Notes: generated by a model not told the origin, from the letters alone. DNA of 47,773 bases from Candidatus Uhrbacteria bacterium (GCA_016235605.1 JACRJW010000075.1:1-47773), one strand, 5' to 3'; counted from the stretch's first letter, positions 27,383-35,411 are shown. Translations and numbers: made by a program.

Positions 27383-27963
27383 ACATGAAGCTGTTGAGAG
27401 GCAAACTCCCAATTCACGTGATCCCAAAATCCCTTGATGAAACTTGCGCGGTCGTTTTTGTAATCGAGATAGTAGGCGTGCTCCCAAACGTCCAGTGTGA
27501 GAATCGGTCGCAGATCCGTGCCGACCGGAGTCTGTGCGTCGTGATAGTCTTTTACGAGAAGTTTTCCGGTCGTATCTTGCACGAGCCACGCCCAGCCAGA
27601 ACCAAAATGCGCAGCAGCTGTGGCAGAAAACTGATCGCGGAAGGCATCAAGTGACTGGAAGTCACGGACGATGAGCTTCAAAATTTCGGCAGACGGCTCC
27701 CCACCTCCAGCACTCAAGCAGTTCCAAAAAAAGCTGTGATTAAAATGCTGCGCCGCGAGGTTGAATACTTTTTGGTTTCGATCACGCGAGGCAGCAATGA
27801 CTTCCTCCAGACTCTTGTCGACAGACTCGGTGCCGACCACGGCATCGTTTAACTTACTGACATAACCTGCATGGTGCTTGCCATGGTGAAACTCAAGTGT
27901 CTGCGCACTGGTCCAGGGAGTGAGCGCATCTTTTGCAAATGGAAGGTCTGGGAGAGTAAACAT
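27379..27963 (-). CDS. sodA: Fe/Mn superoxide dismutase
   Basis: FTLPDLPF..DAL.P......EFHHGKHH ... DVWEHAYYLDY motifs; trimmed to MFTLPDL. Confidence 0.9.
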   Translation of the reverse strand: MFTLPDLPFAKDALTPWTSAQTLEFHHGKHHAGYVSKLNDAVVGTESVDKSLEEVIAASRDRNQKVFNLAAQHFNHSFFWNCLSAGGGEPSAEILKLIVRDFQSLDAFRDQFSATAAAHFGSGWAWLVQDTTGKLLVKDYHDAQTPVGTDLRPILTLDVWEHAYYLDYKNDRASFIKGFWDHVNWEFASQQLHV

Positions 27964-27985
27964 AGACTTGATGTATAATAGCGTC

Positions 27986-28384
27986 ATGACGTTTAGAAGA
28001 GCCTTTTATGCGATCCTTGTGGTCGTCCTCGTCCACAGTATACTCCTTTTTACTGATGGTTATTTTTTGATTCAATGGATCGACGGTCCCATGCATCTTG
28101 CTGGCGGCTTTGCGATCGGCATGCTGGCCTTGGCGATCCACCGCTTTGAAACAAACCGAACACACATCAAGCCTGTTTCGATCTGGTACCACTATCTGTT
28201 TGTCATTGGTTTTGTGGCACTCATTGCCGTCCTGTGGGAATTCCACGAGTACATTCTCGATCACACACTTACCGTCTGGATGGGCTGGCCGCAAGCACAA
28301 ATCTCGTTGCAGGATACCATGGCAGATCTCCTGCTAGGATTGTTGGGAGGGACGTTTGCCTTTCTTTGTTATCGAAAGGAATAA
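27986..28384 (+). CDS. small membrane protein, unknown function
   Basis: Trimmed to ATG 27986 (MTFRRAFYAILVVVLV); 4 TMs; TATAAT ends 6 nt before the ATG. Confidence 0.45.
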   Translation: MTFRRAFYAILVVVLVHSILLFTDGYFLIQWIDGPMHLAGGFAIGMLALAIHRFETNRTHIKPVSIWYHYLFVIGFVALIAVLWEFHEYILDHTLTVWMGWPQAQISLQDTMADLLLGLLGGTFAFLCYRKE

Positions 28385-28554
28385 ATCTCTTGTCATGGTC
28401 CGCTCCATCAACTATGATGCAGCCGTCCAAATCTATATAGGGGGTGACACGCATTCTCACACAACACAATACTCGAAGGTCGCCGCAAGGCGGCTTTTCA
28501 TTGAATCAATCTTTGATACAAAAATGGTTATGTTATAATAGTCGTAAGTCAACT

Positions 28555-29223
28555 ATGGTCCACACAAAACAGACAAAAAATAGGGTACGTCAACTCCGTG
28601 AAAAAGGAGAGTCTATTCCGGCTATCGCCAAAAAGATGACACTACCTAAGAGCACTGTCTCACTTTGGGTAAGAGACGTAATTTTGCCATCGAAAGTGAT
28701 GGAAATGCTGCGAAGGAAGGCAATGGATGGACGCAGTAAGGGAAGAATGATGCGGATGGAGAGACGCAAAATCGAGGAAAAGAAGCGGATCAATCACGCA
28801 CGAGTCCTTGTGAAGGAATTGGTACCAACCTTTGATGTTCGGATGTGGCAACTTATTTCTGCACTTCTTTATTGGTGCGAAGGAGGAAAGACACAACTCA
28901 ACACGCTCAGATTTACCAATTCTGATCCACAATTGATCAAAATGTTTCTGCGAGCGCTGCGACAAGGATTCATACTGCAAGAAGAAAAATTTCGTGCCAT
29001 TGTGCATTTGCACGGATATCACAATGACCTACAGCAAAAGGAGTCTTGGTCGAGAACTTCTGGTATCCCAATTTCTCAGTTCTCAAAATCTTATCGAAAG
29101 CCAAATACCGGGAAACGAAAGAGGGCTAATTATCAAGGTTGCCTTTCTGTCAGGTATAATGACGCTCATCTTGCCCGAATGCTTGATGCCTTATATCATG
29201 CGATCGGCAATTCCTTATCGTAG
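28555..29223 (+). CDS. HTH (resolvase-type) plus LAGLIDADG-like putative homing endonuclease
   Basis: Trimmed to ATG 28555 (MVHTKQ); N-terminal GESIPAIAKKMTLPKSTVSLW helix-turn-helix; LLYWCEGGK ... FTNSDPQLIKMFL pattern recalled from LAGLIDADG_3-type proteins, from memory only. Confidence 0.45.
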   Translation: MVHTKQTKNRVRQLREKGESIPAIAKKMTLPKSTVSLWVRDVILPSKVMEMLRRKAMDGRSKGRMMRMERRKIEEKKRINHARVLVKELVPTFDVRMWQLISALLYWCEGGKTQLNTLRFTNSDPQLIKMFLRALRQGFILQEEKFRAIVHLHGYHNDLQQKESWSRTSGIPISQFSKSYRKPNTGKRKRANYQGCLSVRYNDAHLARMLDALYHAIGNSLS

Positions 29224-29295
29224 GGGAGTGGTGAAGCGGTATCACAGCTCTCTCCAAAAGAGCTATCCCGGGTTCGATCCCCGGCTCCCCTGCCA
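29222..29295 (+). tRNA. tRNA-Trp (anticodon CCA)
   Basis: Acceptor AGGGGAG/CTCCCCT, anticodon loop CTCCAAA, T arm CCGGG-TTCGATC-CCCGG, encoded CCA; its first 2 nt overlap the TAG of the upstream CDS. Confidence 0.85.
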
Positions 29296-29447
29296 CCGAG
29301 CTGAGCTCGGTTGGGTGTATGCGGGCCGCGCTGAGCGCGGCCACGTCCCAACCGCCGAGTAGCTCAGCCGGTGAACCCCGCCCAGCGGGGCTTCACCGAA
29401 GATCGGCTCGGTAGCCAAAACAAGTCGTGTGATGCGACTTGTTTTGA
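29296..29447 (+). repeat. array of GCTSAGC-apex hairpins plus a terminator trailing tRNA-Trp
   Basis: CCGAGCTGAGCTCGG (29296-29310); GGCCGCGCTGAGCGCGGCC (29324-29342) inside TTGGG/CCCAA; a nested CCGAG..CGGTGAA..CCCCG hairpin; CAAGTCG-tgtgatg-CGACTTG followed by TTTT. Confidence 0.65.
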
Positions 29448-29462
29448 TATTATGAGAGTTGT

Positions 29463-29735
29463 ATGTTTTTCGTGTACATTCTCTACAGTCAAAAAGACGG
29501 AAGACTTTACATTGGTTATTCAGCAGACCTCGACGAACGGCTGAAGCGACATCGCGTTGGTGAAGTTCCGGCAACAAAGGACAGAAGACCTTTTCTTCTT
29601 ATTGGTTATGAGGCCTTTTTTAAAGAGTCAGATGCCAAACGTCGAGAACGATTTTTGAAAGGAGGTAAGGGTCGAGAGCAACTAAAAGTTCAGTATCAAG
29701 ACGTGTTTGATGAGTTGAATTATCGGTTTAGGTAA
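29463..29735 (+). CDS. GIY-YIG nuclease family protein
   Basis: FFVYILYSQKDGRLYIGYSADLDERLKRH motif. Confidence 0.8.
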   Translation: MFFVYILYSQKDGRLYIGYSADLDERLKRHRVGEVPATKDRRPFLLIGYEAFFKESDAKRRERFLKGGKGREQLKVQYQDVFDELNYRFR

Positions 29736-29767
29736 CAGTCATTTCGAATGAAACAAAGCCCAACTCT

Positions 29768-30089
29768 ATGACCAACGCAAAAAATTTTCTCGGTAACATA
29801 GTTGACGTCACGGTCGATCGTCCTCTTGGTTCGAAACACCCAACTCACGGCTTTACGTACTCAGTGAATTACGGCTTTATCCCGGAGACGAGATCACCAG
29901 ATAGAGAAGAACTCGATGCGTACGTCTTGGGTGTCAACCAACCGCTCAAAACTTTCCATGGTCAGTGTGTCGCTGTCATTCACCGGGCCAACGACGATGA
30001 CGACGATCACCGACGATCGAATCTGTCAAGCGACTCATTTTCAAGAACAATACTTTCAGTCCGATATCATTCGATCACAAGAATCTTAA
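29768..30089 (+). pseudogene. small inorganic-pyrophosphatase-like gene, apparently frameshifted or internally deleted
   Basis: N-part VDRPLGSKHP..F.Y.VNYGFIP......EELDAYVLG....F.G.C.A.IHRANDDDD is in frame 1. The family-like C-end ITDDRICQATHFQEQYFQSDIIR is in the +1 frame from about 30006 and stops at 30087-30089. Confidence 0.45.
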
Positions 30090-30182
30090 CCTTGCTTGCG
30101 AGTACCTGAGACGTCGTTCCCGCCAAAGGCGGGCGCGGCGCGAACGACGTGGCCTGCCATGTACGAACGGTCCGTCTGGTGG

Positions 30183-32252
30183 TTACAACTCGCGTCTGCG
30201 CAACAGGACGGCGTTGATCGCGACGATGACCGTGCTTGCCGACATGAACACGGCCGCCAACGCTGGTTGGAGGATGACTCCCCTAAACGCAAGCACACCG
30301 GCCGCCAATGGGAGTGCGACGATGTTATATCCGGTCGCCCAAAAAAGATTTTGAATCATCTTGACATAAGTCATGTGTGACAACTTGATAATTTTGACGA
30401 TATCCCGAGGATCGTTTCTGACAAGAATAATGCCCGCTGATTCAATCGCAACATTCGTGCCGGCCCCAATGGCAATCCCTACATCCGCTTGCGTTAAAGA
30501 AGGGGCGTCATTGATGCCATCTCCAACCATCGCGACTTTGAGGCCACGACGTTGGAGCTCTTTCACTTTTTCCGATTTCTCTGAAGGGAGGACTCGGGCA
30601 AAATATTCATCAATGCCAAGCTCGTCGCTGACCCACCGTGCGACATCTTCCGAGTCGCCGGTGATCATGGAGGTTTTCACTCCGGCTTTTTTGAGTTTCG
30701 CTATGGCTTCCCGCGATTCCTCGCGGATGACATCTGCCAAAGCGACCGCACCAATAAATTTTCTGTCTTGCACGACAAAAATAACCGTCTGCCCCTTCTT
30801 GCTCGCTTCTTGAATCGACGGTGTCATTTCCACAGGGATCTGTACCTCGATCTGTTCAAGGAGCGCCGACCCGCCGACCATCACGTTTGAGTCCCCAAGC
30901 ATCGCTTGTACGCCGCGACCCTTTAAGGCTTCAAATTTTTTGGGTTCGTTGAGAGCCAGTCCGCGCTTTTTCGCCTCGGCAACCACCGCTCTGGCAATGG
31001 GATGTTCGGATAAGGCGTCCAGAGAAGCGGCCAGCGCGAGGACATCATCTTTCCTTGTGCGATCTACAGACCAGATGTCTATGACCCCAAACGCACCGCG
31101 GGTCAGCGTCCCGGTTTTATCAAAAAGCACGGTATCGATGGTCCGTGCGGCTTCCAGGGCAAGACGCTGCTTTACCAAAAAACCATTTTGCGCCGCCTTG
31201 GTGGTGGAGATGGAAGCGACCAAAGGTACAGCAAGCCCCAAGGCATGCGGACAAGCAATGACAAGCACCGCAACAAGCCGTGCCACGGCAAAGGCGATAT
31301 CGGCTCCAGCCAGAAGCCAAGCGACAAGCGTGATTAAACCTCCGGCAACGGCAATGACCGTCAAATACAACGCCGCCCTGTCAGAAAGCATTTGCAACCG
31401 AGACTTTGAAGCTTGCGCCTGCGCGACCAGGCGCATGACACCGGCAAGGAAGGTCTTCTCCCCGATGTTTGAAACGCTGATCTTCAGCGCGCCATCGCCG
31501 TTGATCGTTCCTGCAATAACGGCGTCGCCGTCTTTCTTTGATACAGGTTTTGATTCACCCGTAACCATGGATTCGTTGACATCGGAATCCCCAACCAAAA
31601 TCGTCCCATCGGCAGGAATTCTCGTGCCCGGCTTTACCAGAACCGTGTCACCCTCCTTCAGCTCCGAAATCGGAATACTCTCTGTCTTGCCATTGCGAAC
31701 GACTTCCGCGACATCCGGGAGCAACTTTGACAGTTCTTTCAGCGCCCCTTGCGCTCCCGAAACAGCCCGCATCTCAAGCCAGTGGCCCAGAAGCATGATG
31801 GTGATGAGCGTCGTCAATTCCCAAAACAACGTTTCGGCTCCGGCGAACTGTGCATACACACTCCAAAGATACGCGGCGGTAATCGCCATGCCGATTAATG
31901 TCATCATTCCGGGCAATCTACCTTTCATTTCTCCCCATGCTCCGGCAAGGAAAACCCAGCCGCCGTAAAAAAATACGATCGACCCAAGGACAAGAGACAG
32001 GAACGCTGATCCGGGAAAATCCGGAGGGGACCACCGAAAAACGTTCTCGAAAACATCGGCAGACAATACGACAGGGACCGTAAGAATCAGGCTGACCCAA
32101 AATTTTCTGAAAAACATAGCCGTGCTATGGCCGGCATGTTTACCCGCCGACATTTGGGCGGTCGCGGGCATGCCATGCCCCTCATGGATGTTCATGCGTG
32201 AATGCTCATGTTGCATAGGTCGGATGTTTACATAGTTCCATCGCTTCGGCAT
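30183..32252 (-). CDS. heavy-metal (copper, CopB-like P1B) P-type ATPase
   Basis: His-rich N-terminus, CPH motif (ACPHALGLAVP), DKTGTLT, GDGINDAPSL; the ORF-track TTG 32297 overlaps the upstream gene, so the first ATG (32252) is used, and ATG 32216 is also possible. Confidence 0.85.
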   Translation of the reverse strand: MPKRWNYVNIRPMQHEHSRMNIHEGHGMPATAQMSAGKHAGHSTAMFFRKFWVSLILTVPVVLSADVFENVFRWSPPDFPGSAFLSLVLGSIVFFYGGWVFLAGAWGEMKGRLPGMMTLIGMAITAAYLWSVYAQFAGAETLFWELTTLITIMLLGHWLEMRAVSGAQGALKELSKLLPDVAEVVRNGKTESIPISELKEGDTVLVKPGTRIPADGTILVGDSDVNESMVTGESKPVSKKDGDAVIAGTINGDGALKISVSNIGEKTFLAGVMRLVAQAQASKSRLQMLSDRAALYLTVIAVAGGLITLVAWLLAGADIAFAVARLVAVLVIACPHALGLAVPLVASISTTKAAQNGFLVKQRLALEAARTIDTVLFDKTGTLTRGAFGVIDIWSVDRTRKDDVLALAASLDALSEHPIARAVVAEAKKRGLALNEPKKFEALKGRGVQAMLGDSNVMVGGSALLEQIEVQIPVEMTPSIQEASKKGQTVIFVVQDRKFIGAVALADVIREESREAIAKLKKAGVKTSMITGDSEDVARWVSDELGIDEYFARVLPSEKSEKVKELQRRGLKVAMVGDGINDAPSLTQADVGIAIGAGTNVAIESAGIILVRNDPRDIVKIIKLSHMTYVKMIQNLFWATGYNIVALPLAAGVLAFRGVILQPALAAVFMSASTVIVAINAVLLRRREL

Positions 32253-32286
32253 CGCCAGCACTTTTGGGCGCCCCACCTGTTCCCGT

Positions 32287-32958
32287 TTACTCTTCAAGAG
32301 TGAAAATCAAATTGAGCGTCAGGGTGAACTCATCCTCAATCAACTCATCTCCCAAATTTTCAAAAAACTTTCCTGAGCCATAGCGTACGTCCCACAGCGT
32401 TCGATCCAGCGTGACGACTCCTGTCATCTCAAGGCCTGCGTCCGTCATCACGAACACGGCAGGAAACGTAATTTCATTTTCGATCCCTTTGATCGCCATC
32501 GTGCCTGTCACTTCATGGCTGGCATCAGCGCTCAGGGCGACGGCTCGAGCTTCTTCAAGGGCAAACGTGGCCGTCGGATACACGGCAACGTTAAAAAAAT
32601 CCTTTGACTTCAAATGGCCGACTAATTTTTTATTGTCTTTCTCATTGGTCAAATCCGTATCCGCGATCGTCCTGGTATCGACCTCCATCCTGCCGCCCGT
32701 GACCGCGCCGCCTTCGATCACCACCGCGCCTTGCTGTGCATTGATGGTCCCAGTGTGGTGGGCACCAACGCGTTTTTTCGCGTTCCACACAATGGAACTC
32801 GATAGCGCATCTAACAGGTAGGTCCCATCCTCAAGGACGACCTCTTGGATCTCTGTGGAACGATCCGTGTCCGTTGAAAGAGACTCCCGTGAACAACCGA
32901 TACCGAGCAAAAGGACGGGAATAAAAAGCGCAGGGAATAAATGCCTGAATATCATCAT
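32287..32958 (-). CDS. YceI-like lipoprotein
   Basis: Lipobox LLGIGC; WNAKK..G.HHTG......G.V........G...VD..TI.T........L..HLKS.DFF....YP.ATF pattern. Confidence 0.8.
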   Translation of the reverse strand: MMIFRHLFPALFIPVLLLGIGCSRESLSTDTDRSTEIQEVVLEDGTYLLDALSSSIVWNAKKRVGAHHTGTINAQQGAVVIEGGAVTGGRMEVDTRTIADTDLTNEKDNKKLVGHLKSKDFFNVAVYPTATFALEEARAVALSADASHEVTGTMAIKGIENEITFPAVFVMTDAGLEMTGVVTLDRTLWDVRYGSGKFFENLGDELIEDEFTLTLNLIFTLEE

Positions 32959-32959
32959 A

Positions 32960-34129
32960 CTAAAGCTCTGTTAAATTCCTCCCCTGAAAGAGCCCGAGGG
33001 TCCATGTGAAGGCAACGCGCAGCTTGTTCCAGAGGCCTGGAGTTTTAAACAAGTACACCGTGCGCCAGAGAAACCAAGCGACCCTGCCTTTGACAACCAC
33101 CGGTCCGATTTTTCCAACCCCATCGCCGAATCCCAAAGAAAACAATGTGCCCATGACGTGTGGCGTATAGCCTTTCATCGCCCTGTGACGCTGATGCTCG
33201 ACAATGTTGTGCGCAACAAGTCGTGCTTCACGCACGGCGGTTTGGGCGAGTTTGGGAAGCGGCACGCCATCCACGGCCGCCACATCCCCCAACGCAAACA
33301 CATGCTCGTCTTGCACGGTTTGGAGGAAGTGATTGACCGGAACGTGACTATGCTCATCAAGCGCAAGACTCCCTCGTGCCCAGTCCGTATTGGGCCGCAC
33401 TCCCGCGCACAGGATCGTGACATCTGAAGGAAACGTGCCCTTGTTCGTGCCGACCTCTGTTTGGCTGATGCGTTCAGCATGCGCTTCACAGACGACCTCA
33501 ATTCCAGAAGCCGTCATGGCGTTGCCGATGTAGGATTGCACCCGCCGCTCATCATTTGAACACAACCCTTTTCCGGCATGGATCACGCGCAAGGTTACGC
33601 GTGTCTCCGGTTGCTTGAGCAACAGGGCTTGATACAGCTGTGCGATCTCGAAAACAAGCTCAATCCCTGTTGGACCTCCGCCAATCACGTTCACGGCAAC
33701 GGTCCGATCTTCCTCTTGCACTTCAGAAATAAGCGCGTGCTTCAGCGCTATGGCATCTTCAACATTTTTCAACACGAATGCCGACTCGGCCCCTTTGATG
33801 GAATAAAAATTGGTCGTGGCGCCTGTGGCGATCACCAACGTCGCATACGGCTCTTCTTGTCCGTCCACATGGACCAGCCGTTTTTCGCGGTCGACCTGGA
33901 TCGCCTGGCCCCGAATGAAACGAAACCGTGGATCGTGGAAAAAACTTTCATACTCAAACACGATATCGTGGCTCAACAGGGATCCTGTCGCGACTTCATG
34001 CAAAAGTGGCGTGAAGGTAAAATAGTTCGTCTCGCTCACGAGGGTCACAGGCTCACGGCGACGGAGAAGTTCGCGGGCGACATATACGCCGGCAAATCCT
34101 CCACCGATGATGACAACGGGTTCGTTCAT
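32960..34129 (-). CDS. ndh: type II NADH dehydrogenase (NDH-2)
   Basis: VVIIGGGFAGV and VIGGGPTGIE dinucleotide-binding motifs; C-terminal membrane-anchoring helix. Confidence 0.85.
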   Translation of the reverse strand: MNEPVVIIGGGFAGVYVARELLRRREPVTLVSETNYFTFTPLLHEVATGSLLSHDIVFEYESFFHDPRFRFIRGQAIQVDREKRLVHVDGQEEPYATLVIATGATTNFYSIKGAESAFVLKNVEDAIALKHALISEVQEEDRTVAVNVIGGGPTGIELVFEIAQLYQALLLKQPETRVTLRVIHAGKGLCSNDERRVQSYIGNAMTASGIEVVCEAHAERISQTEVGTNKGTFPSDVTILCAGVRPNTDWARGSLALDEHSHVPVNHFLQTVQDEHVFALGDVAAVDGVPLPKLAQTAVREARLVAHNIVEHQRHRAMKGYTPHVMGTLFSLGFGDGVGKIGPVVVKGRVAWFLWRTVYLFKTPGLWNKLRVAFTWTLGLFQGRNLTEL

Positions 34130-34158
34130 AGAGTCGCCTCGATTCTACCTGATTTTGC

Positions 34159-34186
34159 CCTGATCTCCAATATCTGATCTCCAATA
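34159..34186. repeat. tandem 14-mer CTGATCTCCAATAT x2
   Basis: Perfect tandem duplication ending 14 bp upstream of the -35 at 34201, in the divergent ndh / 34298 intergenic region. Confidence 0.8.
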
Positions 34187-34200
34187 TCCACTTTTCCACG

Positions 34201-34229
34201 CTTGACGGCCTCAAACGGCAACGGTAAAA
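34201..34229 (+). promoter_or_regulatory. sigma70-like promoter
   Basis: TTGACG, 17-nt spacer, TAAAAT. Confidence 0.45.
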
Positions 34230-34297
34230 TCGCGCCGTGTTTACGAAGACGCTTTTGTTTTCGAACACATCCATGATTCTCTCCTGTCGGAGTTCCC

Positions 34298-34822
34298 TTG
34301 CCGCCCACCGCCCCTTCCCTCCAGAGCCTGTACGAAGAATCCCCCTCCTCCCAGGCTACCCATCATCTCCATTCCTTCCCCGACGAAGCGCGTGCGCAGA
34401 TCGGGACGGAAGGAGAGAGCAGGCACATCAGCAACCTCCTCCCCGAGACGGGCGCCTGCGTGCTCGTCACGGTGCACGACCTGGTCGATGACGCGCGTGG
34501 CATCCGCCGCGTCGTGGACAAGGTCGGAAGCCCCAAGCAGGTCTTCGCGGCCACGTGCTCCCAGCCCAGCTACGGGGAGACGTTCCGCACCTCGATCGAC
34601 TGGGCAAAGAAGATCGGCCACGCGGGCGAAGTGATCCTCGTCTCCCACGAACTCGCGGCGCTCTTGGGCGCACAGGCTCATCACGGCAGGCTTCGCAACG
34701 GCATCGTGATCGTGCACGACGGCAAGATCGTCTGGAGCAAGATGGCGGATGTCCACCGTCCCAACACGCCGCACCTCACCGGCAGCGACTTCGACGAGGC
34801 GTTCGACCGCTACAACCGGTAG
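34298..34822 (+). CDS. hypothetical protein, possibly thioredoxin-fold (GC3-rich orphan); start uncertain
   Basis: Strong G/C bias at third positions in this frame; C-part ..ILVSHELAALLG.......RNGIVIVHDGKIVW resembles the redoxin beta-alpha-beta end; TTG start taken from the ORF track, no ATG nearby. Confidence 0.45.
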   Translation: MPPTAPSLQSLYEESPSSQATHHLHSFPDEARAQIGTEGESRHISNLLPETGACVLVTVHDLVDDARGIRRVVDKVGSPKQVFAATCSQPSYGETFRTSIDWAKKIGHAGEVILVSHELAALLGAQAHHGRLRNGIVIVHDGKIVWSKMADVHRPNTPHLTGSDFDEAFDRYNR

Positions 34823-34837
34823 GACACTCCCCCACGC

Positions 34838-34872
34838 GCCACCCTTCGCGAAAGCTTCGGGTGGCTTTTCTT
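34838..34872 (+). terminator. intrinsic terminator
   Basis: GCCACCC-14 nt-GGGTGGC followed by TTTTCTTC. Confidence 0.5.
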
Positions 34873-34874
34873 CT

Positions 34875-34899
34875 AAGCGAAAACCGCCTCTCGGCGGCT
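34875..34899 (-). terminator. intrinsic terminator after rpmG
   Basis: Minus strand CCGCC-gaga-GGCGG followed by TTTTCGCTT. Confidence 0.55.
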
Positions 34900-35055
34900 T
34901 TACTTGGTCTCTTTGTGCATCACGTGCCCTTTGCACCATTTACAAAACTTCTTCATCTCAAGACGGTCCTTGAGCTTTTTCTTGTTCTTTTTACTTTGGT
35001 ACCCAACGCGCTTGCACTGTGTACACTCCAAATTGACGAGGTTATCTTGTGACAT
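34900..35055 (-). CDS. rpmG: 50S ribosomal protein L33
   Basis: Hand translation gives MSQDNLVNLECTQCKRVGYQSKKNKKKLKDRLEMKKFCKWCKGHVMHKETK (51 aa, CxxC...CxxC); absent from the ORF track because it is under 60 aa. Confidence 0.85.
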   Translation of the reverse strand: MSQDNLVNLECTQCKRVGYQSKKNKKKLKDRLEMKKFCKWCKGHVMHKETK

Positions 35056-35106
35056 AGAGAGGTTATTTCGGTTGAAGACTAACGGGATCGAGTAAAAGTG
35101 TCAATG

Positions 35107-35223
35107 GTCCAGCTCAGCTGGACTTACCTCGCTGAAGAATCATTCGGTTGACTCTCGGCAAAGCTCAGCTTTGCCAATGCAAGTCGAACCGAGCTCAGCT
35201 CGGCAAAGCCGCGCTGAGCGGGG
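35107..35223 (-). repeat. array of four GCTSAGC-apex hairpins trailing the tRNA cluster
   Basis: GTCCAGCTCAGCTGGAC (35107-35123), GGCAAAGCTCAGCTTTGCC (35157-35175), CCGAGCTCAGCTCGG (35189-35203), CCGCGCTGAGCGG (35209-35221). Confidence 0.7.
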
Positions 35224-35298
35224 TGGAGCCGGTGGAGGGATTTGAACCCACGACCTTCACTTTACAAAAGTGTTGCTCTACCCCTGAGCTACACCGGC
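35224..35298 (-). tRNA. tRNA-Thr (anticodon TGT)
   Basis: rc reads GCCGGTG TA GCTC AGGGGTA GAGC .. loop TTTGTAA .. GTGGG-TTCAAAT-CCCTC CACCGGC T CCA. Confidence 0.9.
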
Positions 35299-35411
35299 AA
35301 TAGAGTTTTACTGGCCGAAGGCCATGAGCGATGGTTATCATCAGCCCTTCGACTCGCTTCGCTCGCTCAGGACATTCGACTACCGTCCTCAACAGTACAA
35401 CGGTAGTCGAA
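35299..35411 (-). other. 113-nt structured inter-tRNA spacer
   Basis: Minus strand carries a 12-bp hairpin TTCGACTACCGT/ACGGTAGTCGAA, TGAGCGA/TCGCTCA, and TGGCC-TTCG-GGCCA. Confidence 0.5.

Noticed and set aside
29354-29415. Additional tRNA gene after tRNA-Trp (GCCGAGTAGCTCAGCCGGTGAA...)
   Set aside because: It has a D-arm-like start, but the putative anticodon stem CCCCG/CGGGG closes a 5-nt loop and there is no T-arm (GTTCGA-type). At best it is a degraded tRNA-like fragment.
34241-34939. 232-aa minus-strand ORF over the 34298..34822 region
   Set aside because: It is a shadow ORF in a GC-rich stretch that would run through the rpmG terminator and part of rpmG. The plus frame shows the third-position G/C bias and sits behind a canonical promoter.
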